A DNA stretch of 64,000 nucleotides, from contig NC_042998.1 in NCBI RefSeq assembly GCF_006345805.1, forward strand, positions 12,710,001 to 12,774,000. The letters are read 5' to 3'. Position numbers and translations under genes: made by a program. This document shows positions 54,408 through 64,000 of this stretch, piece after piece. The notes beneath the pieces were generated by a model, which worked only from the letters and a program-made list of their open reading frames with translations, ran no database searches and was not told the origin of the DNA. Position 1 is the first letter of the stretch, and each line of letters begins with the position of its first letter. The DNA comes from Octopus sinensis (Eukaryota).

Positions 54408-54801
54408 TCTTTATATATAAAAGAAAGGTTGTGTGTCTGTCTACTCCGATTTAGATTCCTAACTACTCCCACATTTTGCGGTGCAGTTTAACCAAAACCG
54501 GGTATCTTATAGTCGTGATTTATATCGAGCCATTCTGGGTATAAACACGCGTCTACGATGAGTCTACGATTTTAAAAATAGTTTACCATTATTTTTTCCA
54601 TTTTAATGCATATTTTTTTTAAATATAAGGGAAGTATCTCTCTAAAAATGTCTACGATGAGTCAATGACTTTTAAAAAAATTTACCATAATTTTTTTTCC
54701 ATTTTTAATGCATTTTTTGCTATTTTTTGGCTATAACTCTCTAAAAATGCTTTATAGTTATTTCCCTTACAAACCCGAGCAACGCCGGGCGATACTGCTA
54801 G
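54408..54801 (+). mobile_element. Non-autonomous Helitron
   Basis: A|TC...CCCGAGCAACGCCGGGCGATACTGCTAG|T; same family as 24877-25273. Confidence 0.9.
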
Positions 54802-54989
54802 TGCTTAATATAGACGTGCATAATCTTTGCGTCTCACTGCACTAATTTATTCATTAGACTCTCCAATATTCAAATAGTCAGGAACATTTGAACACCCGCC
54901 GCTATTTCTAAATGTATTCCTTTTGTTGCAATGATGGGATTCTAATCTAATCCCATATGATCAGAATTCATGTTATATAGCTGTAGGTT

Positions 54990-55150
54990 CTTTGTCTGTC
55001 TTTACGTTCCGAGTTCAAATTCCGCCGAGGTCGACTTTGCCTTTCATCCTTTCGGGGTCGATAAATTAAGTACCACTTACCTACTGGGATCAATCTAATT
55101 GACTGGCTCTCACTCCCCTAAAAGTTCGGGTCTTGTACCTAGAGTAGAAA
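54990..55150 (+). mobile_element. SINE family B-related fragment with alternative tail
   Basis: GAGTTCAAATTCCGCCGAGGTCGACTTTGCCTTTCATCCTTTCGGGGTCGATAAATTAAGTACC core. Confidence 0.8.
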
Positions 55151-55228
55151 AGAGTATATATCTGTAGTTCATCGCATAAGGTTTTTGCCCACTTGCAGGT
55201 ATCTGACTGGGTTGTTATGTGGTAATTT

Positions 55229-55550
55229 AAGGCGGCTAGCTGGCAGAGATGTTAGCACGCCGGACAAAATATTTGCGGCATTTCGTCTGCCGTTACGTTC
55301 GGAGTTCAAATTCCGCCGAGGTCGACATTGCCTTTCATCCATTAGGGGTTGATAGATAAAGTACCAGTTACGCACTGGGGTCGATATAATCGACTTAATC
55401 TGTTTGTCTGACCTTGTTTGTCCTCTCTGTGTTTAGCCCCTTGTGGGCAATAAAGAAATAGGTATTTCGTCTGCCGCTACGTTCTGAGTTCAAATTCCGC
55501 CGAGGTCGACTTTGCCTTTCATCTTTTCGTAGTCGATTGTAAAGAAATAG
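55229..55550 (+). mobile_element. SINE family B with one full and one deleted unit
   Basis: Head AAGGCGGCTAGCTGGCAGA; imperfect TSD GTTATGT(G/T)GTAATTT (55214-55228 / 55551-55565). Confidence 0.85.
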
Positions 55551-58500
55551 GTTATGTTGTAATTTATGCGGTACCTGATTTCATATTTCATGCGCGAGTG
55601 TGTTAAAGTTTCACTCCGCCTAACAGCCCAGCATATCTCTTAATGCATCTACTGCAATCTAATCATTAGTAGTGTTTCATACATTTTTCGGAATCTCTCA
55701 AGAGGTGTTTTTTTTTTTTTTGCCTTTGAAGTGAATAAATATCAATTAATGTATAGCCCTACCTTTCAGGAAAATAACCCTATTACAATGTTAACTTCCT
55801 TCATACTTTTGAGTAATATGAGCAGTAATAACATAGCCAATATATTATGGGAAATAACAACTTTTATAACACAACAAATTTCATATTTTCTTAAAATTCA
55901 TATTATTTTCTAGCATGATCTATTCATATATTAAGTGTTTCGAGTTATTTGATATAAGTGCTTCGATAGAAATGGAATTATTTAAGTAAATCACTTACGG
56001 AAATGATTCAAATTTTGAATTATATCAAAGATGATATTTTAAATTATAGTTCAATTACCTGAGCTGCGAAAATTGAAGTTTTCTTAGATATTGTTCGAGT
56101 GAAAGCTTTGCACATCTCCAGAATAGCTTGTTTCCTACGCCATTTGATTATTACGAACATTATAGATTCGTTTGAAATTGAATGATGAGAAATTAGAACA
56201 ATAGTTACCGAGCCACCCTTAACACTAAACGAAATATCAACATTTATATACTCCAAACACTGTTTACTTTTTCTTTCAATTTCCTTTCCAAATCACTTAA
56301 TTCTCAATGTTTGGATCAACGTTGCTTTAATGATTTACCATTGCATTCATAAAACATACACATATGCAGTGCCAATACCCTACATTTTTAGGGCAATTCT
56401 CTCAGTGGGTGAGGCCATGAACGTATCATCTAAAGTGATCTGTTCTGACTCTATTAAACACGATGATAGTCACCATTTTGAATGAAAAGCATTATGTAAC
56501 ATCTTATCAGTAATGTACCCGATTTTCATAATAACATTAGTCATTTAGTGAAATGAACTACTAACCCAACAATAATGTCACAACAAATTCTATCAACACG
56601 ATGTCAAAGGAAACTCAGAATGAATGCATGGTTGCTGTTGATCTGGGTATTAATTTCGTACATGAAAAGTTACTCAATTGTGTAAAATTTCTCCCCATTA
56701 AGTCCATTACATTCATTTCACAACACATACACATTGAAACGATGAAAGATAGAATTATTAAAGTTAGCAATGATTGTATAACATTAGCTTGTCTGGGAGG
56801 CAATAACAAATAAATGTACTTTGGGTGTAATAAAATATTTATTGATTATTGAAATTAAATAATCTAATTGAACTTTATCCGCAAGCCACATCGTGGACAA
56901 AATACACATTTTCGTTAATTCACAAAATTAGTAAGAAAGAAAATTATATTTTCGATAATTATGCTAAAGTAATTGTGAATTCCACATTTTTTTTATTAAA
57001 TTTAGCAGTTTATTTCATATAATGAGCATTTTTAAAATAGTGCCTCGACCTTTCCAATTACGTTCATAAATACCGATTAGATATTTTGTTTTTTACCCAT
57101 TTGTTTTACTAAATGTTGAGCTTTCGACAAAAGAGAATTATATAGAAATGAATTAAATTTATACTGAAATACACTAAAAATGGAAGTAAAATTTCTAGTA
57201 ATATGCATTAAATAATTTAAGGAAGAAATATTATTGCCGATGTGTTTGGAGGTTCAATACTTGTTCTGGTAGACCAGTTGTTTTCATGTATCCATGTATA
57301 GTATTTGAGTAAAACATCATAATGCTGATAGTATTATAAAAAAGAGAAAAAATCTAAAATGCAGCTGAGGGTGTTGATGATGATGATGGTGAGAATGATG
57401 ATGATATCCCTAATTGCTAAAGGGGCACACATATTTATGTATAAGGCGGTCACGAAAGAAATCAATCAGCTTCAATCTGGGAAGTGGTTGTAGAGTAATT
57501 GGTGTACAAAGAGAACTTGTATACTGGTTTCGATTCAATCGACTCTACCAAAGGATAATGATATTGTAATGGATATGCATTTGTATAAGAAGAGCTATAT
57601 GTGTACGTATGTATATATGCAACGTATGTATGTATGTAATGTATGTACGTATGTAATATATGTATGCATTGATGAAATAATGTGGCCGTTATTGTTATTG
57701 TTGTTAGCACAATGCCAATAATGGAGCAGATGGAAAGACAAAGCCATTCCAGACAGGACAAATATCAATCTTTATATATATGTGTGTGTGTGTAAGTGTG
57801 TGTGTATATGTGTGTGTGTACGTGTGTGTAACAAATGAGAAAAAGTGAAAAGGGAATGCATAAGACTATTGATCATTACGAGCGTTGCGACATATTGGTC
57901 TTTCTTTCGCGGGTGAAATTCTGAACAACTTGTCGCAGTGCATCCTTCGCCGCAGATGTGTCTCATCAGGTGATTTTTCAAAGTATAGCCAACTGGAAAC
58001 GATATTTCTTGGGGGTGAAAACAACAGTATCGTCGTCCGCTTACAGAAGAGCCACTTTATGCTGGCAAATAGCTTTTATTTGATATATATAATATACACA
58101 TACGATAATCGTGACTCAATTTGAAGCAATGTTAACATGCCGTCTAAGGATCTGCACGTTTAGGTAGAGTTGTGGCTCTGATGGGCACCTCTTATAGAAG
58201 ATTTTCAGAATGTTACTACCCACCGTGGTCCCCTATTGCCAATTAAACCACTTATAAAAGTGATGTTAAATACTCAGAAATGCCTGTGCGTAAAGCATTT
58301 TAAAGTGAAGAAAAGCTTTGCAAAGGTCCAACCCAACTCTCTAAACAATGTTTGCTATTTCCCCCAAACGAAGAAATAATCTACACTAACAGATGCAAAT
58401 GACGCCACAAGTAATGCACAAGAATTTTCCTCTTGCAGAAGGAAACACACACAAACACTCACACATACACACACGCACTTACAAACACACAGACATACAC

Positions 58501-59742
58501 ACACAAATGTCTTGAAATAAGATGTTGGTACATAGTCCAGTCTAACGGAAATTCTAATGACACAGTCCTCCGGAAACACTGTTGAATGATAAGTAATATT
58601 TGCTGCAGATAACGTATAAACCAATGGAAAAACCATCAAGAAAATTAGTTTAATCTAACACAAATATTATTGAGAGATTACATTGAAGTTAATCATTATG
58701 TCATTAGAAGATAATTGTAGATATGCACAATGAACATAGCAGAAAACATCATTATATATACTTAACCAATAAACACATAAATATGATAACTGAACGTATT
58801 AGCAATACAATGTACTGAAGTAGTTTGATGCATACATATCAGAATTTAAAACCTATTTGACTCATTATATACGGTTTATCATGGAAGGCGAAGAACCCAT
58901 TTGATCAAACAGTGTATTTTGCAGTTTATTCGAATTAAAACACTTCTTTGTGTTCTAATCTTAAATGTGTTATATTTATGTCTTTAAACAATCGCGTTTT
59001 ATTCTCTTTTGTTCATACGAAGATTTCATATGCAATGAATATCTCACAATATGCTTATCAGAATAGACATTACAAAATTGAATTCCAAAGGTGTTTACAC
59101 AATGATTCTTATGATTTAGAATCGCTATTAAGTTACGTTGATGAGGTATGAGGGTTTATTTTCATGTTTGGTTAAGGATATAAAATAAGCGGAGTTAGAA
59201 GGGCATGTTATCCAACTTTCCATTATTAGGTTTACTTTGCATTGTGCAACAATGTATAACCCAACGGAAAATAAAGGTCCCAGGAAATGCATATATTTGA
59301 AATATATTTGAAATTCAGCCAACCTGTTCCTGGTGTACATAGTTTCGAAAAACAAAGCTAATGTGAAGATGAACAAAGACAGTTTTCTTAATATATTCTA
59401 TACGTTAACAGTAGCTTATTGATATTCCTTGCATTATTTGGAACGCTTCCCAAGTAAGGGTCTCGATGAATCATTACTTCGCTTCAACTGTGAAAGGGAC
59501 AAACACTCCATGGATTTTAAACGAACAAATATTTTTACTTCTATTCAAACTTATATTTCACTGTATTCATTCCACGAATCTTACAAATGAAATTTAAAGG
59601 GTTATATAAAATGTAACTACTTTCTATGCCCTAAGAAACGAGTACATAATGGATTTCAAATGTATGTAGGTATGTAGGTATATATGTATATATATGCATA
59701 CACACAGAGACGCCCACACAAAAAGTCACGCATATATACATG

Positions 59743-59776
<34 letters not shown>

Positions 59777-59859
59777 GTGTGTGTGTGTATGTGTGTGTAG
59801 GTGAAAAATATCGTTATAGGTATAAATATACCATAAAGAATTATAGAAAAATGGAGGAG

Positions 59860-60472
59860 AAAAAGATGTTGAATCAACCGGAAAATAAATGGTTATCACG
59901 TAATGAGGGACCAGTGCCAACATCAAAACCAAAACTCTATCTACAAAAATCATTGTTCTTTGTTTGGTGGAACATGCAACATATCCTCATTTAGAAGCTA
60001 CTGGAACATGGAAGGACCATCAACGCGGGTGTCTCTTACCAAGAACTTGATCCTACAAATGAAAAATTGTCGAAAATGACCAGCTTTGGTAAACAAAATG
60101 CGCTATTCCCCAGTATTACAATGCACGGCCACACTCTTCAAAAAATAAGATCATTAGCATGGAAAATTCTTATCCTCCATACTCATCTGACTCATTACCT
60201 ACGGATTTCCATATTTCCGATGACTAGAACATTTTAAAAGAGGCAAAATATTTAGAAACAGAGAGGGAGTTGAAAACAGTCTCTCAACTATTTTTTCAGG
60301 AAAAGAAATATGTTTCTTTAAACGTGGCATAAAATAGTTCATTGCTCTTTGGGCTGCCGTCATTGAAAACGAAGGTGATTACATTCTTGATAAAACCTAT
60401 TCAGATAAATGTAGTATACATCCGTGTTTATATACTTTCTGGTAAAAAGCAATTGCTTTCCGAACACCTTAA
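59860..60472 (+). mobile_element. Decayed mariner transposase
   Basis: WLSRNEGPVPTSKPKLYLQKSLFFVWWNM, NARPH and PPYSSDSLPTDFHI (cf. YSPDLAPSDYHLF), with frameshifts. Confidence 0.8.
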
Positions 60473-61068
60473 TGCACACACACACACACACATACATACA
60501 TACATACGAACATACATACATTTTGTATATTCTGTGTACAGCTAGCTGTACGACTGCAACTGTTGTTTAGAGGTCTGCAAATGTTGTCATCGTCTATTCT
60601 GCTTCCAGTACAGTGGTTAAGCAACTACTATACTTAGCATTATTTACTAATTACATTATACTGATCAATTATATGAGAAATTGCGATAAATGCAAGTTTT
60701 ACGTTTTGCCCTTCTGGTTATTTGAACCTTTGCATTGTACGATCCAAGTGTAATAGGAGTACTTATGACACTATTTCTCAGTAACATTGTACAATAAGTG
60801 TTCCTAGATGATTCATTGCGGTTGATCATCCAGTTGCACTTGGCACATCTAATGCAGATATGCAAACAATCAAAATAGTGAAACGTACATAGGAACATAT
60901 GATACTTTCTGCTTTAGGTTCAAAGCCTGAGGAGGCGAGTCGATTATAATGACCCTGATACTCAAGACTTTTTTCCACACTCTTCAAGGAAGAAAACCAA
61001 TATTGACCTTAACTGAATTTGAACGTAGGAACTTATAATATAATATTGTGTTTGCCGTACACTCTCTT

Positions 61069-61254
61069 GCAGAATTTGCGAAAATATTTTTCATATAACG
61101 ATTTAAATTCTAGCATTTCAAAATGCACACACTTTCTCATAAGAATCAGTCTAAATAATTTTTTGTCTTCATGTTTATAAAAATATATTACGGTATTTAT
61201 TTTAGAAACTTATGAAGAGACATGTAAAAATCGTAAATAAGAATATAAATATGA

Positions 61255-61353
<99 letters not shown>

Positions 61354-63045
61354 CATTCACACTTACACGCCACTCACATATAGATAGATGAATAGATATA
61401 CAAACAGATTGATATATATATATATGTGTATGTATACATATGTACATATAAATTATGTACTTATAAACGCATACCGGAATAGTTTCATCTGTCTATGAAT
61501 GTATATTATCATATGTAACATTTTCAGACCAGGGCATAGCTAAACATTGCATATTTATCTTATCATGTCTTCTGGTTTCTTTTCTTCTGCCACCAGCAAA
61601 CCTTTTTCCGTCGCAGACGCTTTTCCTATCGGAATGTGCCAGTATATCTAAATATCTGCAAGTTCATGCTGTATATGTAACAACGAAACTTAGATTCTCA
61701 CACAATGTGGTGTATACATATACAAGAGACACACACTTATTAAGCATTTGAAGCAAGCTCTTTATACGGCGTGTTTTCTATAGCTATGCAGTTTAAGTAT
61801 ATAGACAGAATATTGTAATAGATTATTTATAAAGATGTGGCTTGTATATTTATTATTGGCGTTTGTATTTACATGTAGGTACCAATGGAACCGAATGCTA
61901 GAAATTCTATATTCAAATATAAATCTATTTACACATTCAAACAATATGATTACTTCAATGTGTTTTGCCATGGGTTCTGTTTCAAATCCTTTCTCTTATG
62001 TAAATTATAGCGTATGAAACTACCAGCGTTTGGAAATCTTTTAAAATGTTACATAAATAATAAAAGCCTATATTCGTTTAATAGTCATTTCAATTGCACT
62101 GCAATAATTCTAAAGGAAATTATATATGTACATAAAAGGGAACAAGTTATCAGATTTATATTCCCATATGCAGGGGCAATATATATCATATATCTGTTGT
62201 GATGCCTATAGAGCAATATCTCTTTGAGTTTTAGAAACTATAGATTTATATTTTTGTAATGTTTGAGCGTTAACTTTCAATTCATAGATTTAATCCTTTT
62301 ATAATTGTTACAAAGGCGATATATTATTTTCATTTTCGAATACGTTTGCATTATTGGCCTCACGATAGTATCTTTTAAAAGTATTTCCTCCACCCACTCT
62401 AACATTTCTCTAAAATGTGCAATTATTTCAAAATATAAAATTAATGTTCGGGATGAAACATAATTGTAGACTAATATGTCTTCTCCATAATATGTTTTAT
62501 AAGATAAGTACTTTGATAATGGTTTTTTTGCTTATTTAAAACGTTCCTGGGTATTATTTAAACATAAATGCATACTTGTCGCCTTTGATGAAATGTTTTA
62601 TCATATTACTATCCGATCTTTCTTTGTAATTCCATCGTAAAGAAATATAGTTATGGGCTTCGTAGTTTTAGGAAAGGAGATCAATAGTAAGTATATTTTC
62701 TGATAAACGTAGCTATAGAATACTAAATGATATAGATGCATGTATCAATAGATATTTCTCTTTGAAGGTTTTAATGCCTGCTGATTTGAAATATTTCAGC
62801 TTGCATTCGTTGGAAAATATTTTATTAAAAGGATCTGATGAATTGCAGCAGGGATGGTTTGAGAACTTGCGGAAACTACGAAAATACTTTCCATATAACG
62901 ATTTAAACTCACATATTTAAAATTTCACACAATTTCCCATACAAAGTTGTCTAAACAATTTTTCTTTTTCATGTTTATAAAAATGTACTGCAGTATTTAT
63001 TTTAGAACTTATGATGGGAACTATAAATATCTTAAGTAAGAATAT
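61069..63045. repeat. Pair of diverged ~180-bp direct repeats
   Basis: GAAAATA.TTT.CATATAACGATTTAAA...CATGTTTATAAAAAT...GTATTTATTTTAGAA...AAGAATAT at ~61069-61246 and ~62868-63045. Confidence 0.8.
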
Positions 63046-64000
63046 TTCAACAGCTGATATTATCGAGTCTGTTTCAATTCCCCTTCAATCCATTACATTT
63101 TTGTTATGAAAAACACAGTTCAATAAATGAAAAAAGTATAACATGAATGTTATATTAATCCCTCCTCTTCATCATATGAAACATTTGTTTCAAATCAGAT
63201 TTTAATGTCTTCAAAATGTCGATGATAGGCATGTCTAATAAATGTCGATGATAGGCATGTCTAATAAATGTATATTTAGCAATAAGAATGCGTTTTAATT
63301 GTTTCATCTACATATACAAAATCATAAGTCGTTAAAAATAGCCTATGTTATTTTCAATCTATATTATCGTAATATAACAATAAACCGAGGAGAACATCAT
63401 AATAAGGTTTCGAAACTAGCTAGAAATAGCGTAAATTACACTGGACTCTCATAAAATAGACGTATACAATAGACAAAACATGCCAGTGTATGAATTGCCG
63501 AGAAAAATATGGTAAGGTTATCACTAGAAAGTTTTTGATCATAACTCTTGTGAATTAGACTTGATGTAAAGAAGCAAAATCAATGCATATAAAATCCAAA
63601 ATTAGATTGCACCTAAACTACAAAAGCATTCATTCTCTACGCTTTGATAAAGCTCATTAATATATTTTCATTTACTTTTATTAAAATTTTATTCATTCAT
63701 TGAACATTAATTCAGGAATTGCTCCCTTAACTTGAGCATTCATATGGCGGAGAATTAACACAAGAGTGTATGGTACAGAATTTTTACTGAATAATCAATG
63801 CGGCATGAGGTTAAATTTAAATCTGATATACTTATAGACTGATCACATGAAGCCAGTAATCTGAACCAGACTTCAGAACCACATAGAGTTTAAACAATTA
63901 TATCCTGGAACATCACAAGACACTAGTAAGAAATTTGAATACTTGATCAATGAAACTAAATTCATATTAATTTTCATAATTCGAAACTCTACAAATCCTT

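Noticed and set aside
57935-57975. CTGATGA on the minus strand as another hammerhead
   Set aside because: It is followed by GAAGG rather than GAAA, with no convincing stems II or I.
63215-63270. 26-bp tandem duplication AATGTCGATGATAGGCATGTCTAATA
   Set aside because: A simple two-copy slippage duplication with no further structure.

Overview
AT-rich eukaryotic repeat-dense DNA with no intact protein-coding gene that I can support. The SINE repertoire and dense (TA)n/(CA)n/(TACA)n/(AAT)n microsatellites look like octopus (coleoid cephalopod) intergenic or intronic DNA; that taxon call is from recall and unchecked. Most listed ORFs are translations of microsatellites or SINEs. Supported features: a 5S rRNA-derived sequence, at least four tRNA-derived SINE families, non-autonomous Helitrons, mariner remnants and MITEs, and two decayed R4/Dong-type LINE fragments. 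The main observation is a set of short non-coding elements carrying minimal type I hammerhead ribozyme motifs of the Penelope-like-element (PLE) kind: at least five sequence-distinct families, plus one possible permuted motif. They include core variants (a compensatory U3-A8 pair and a family-fixed U4C) and one family coupling an internal tRNA-like Pol III promoter to the ribozyme. Several long foldback hairpins accompany them.
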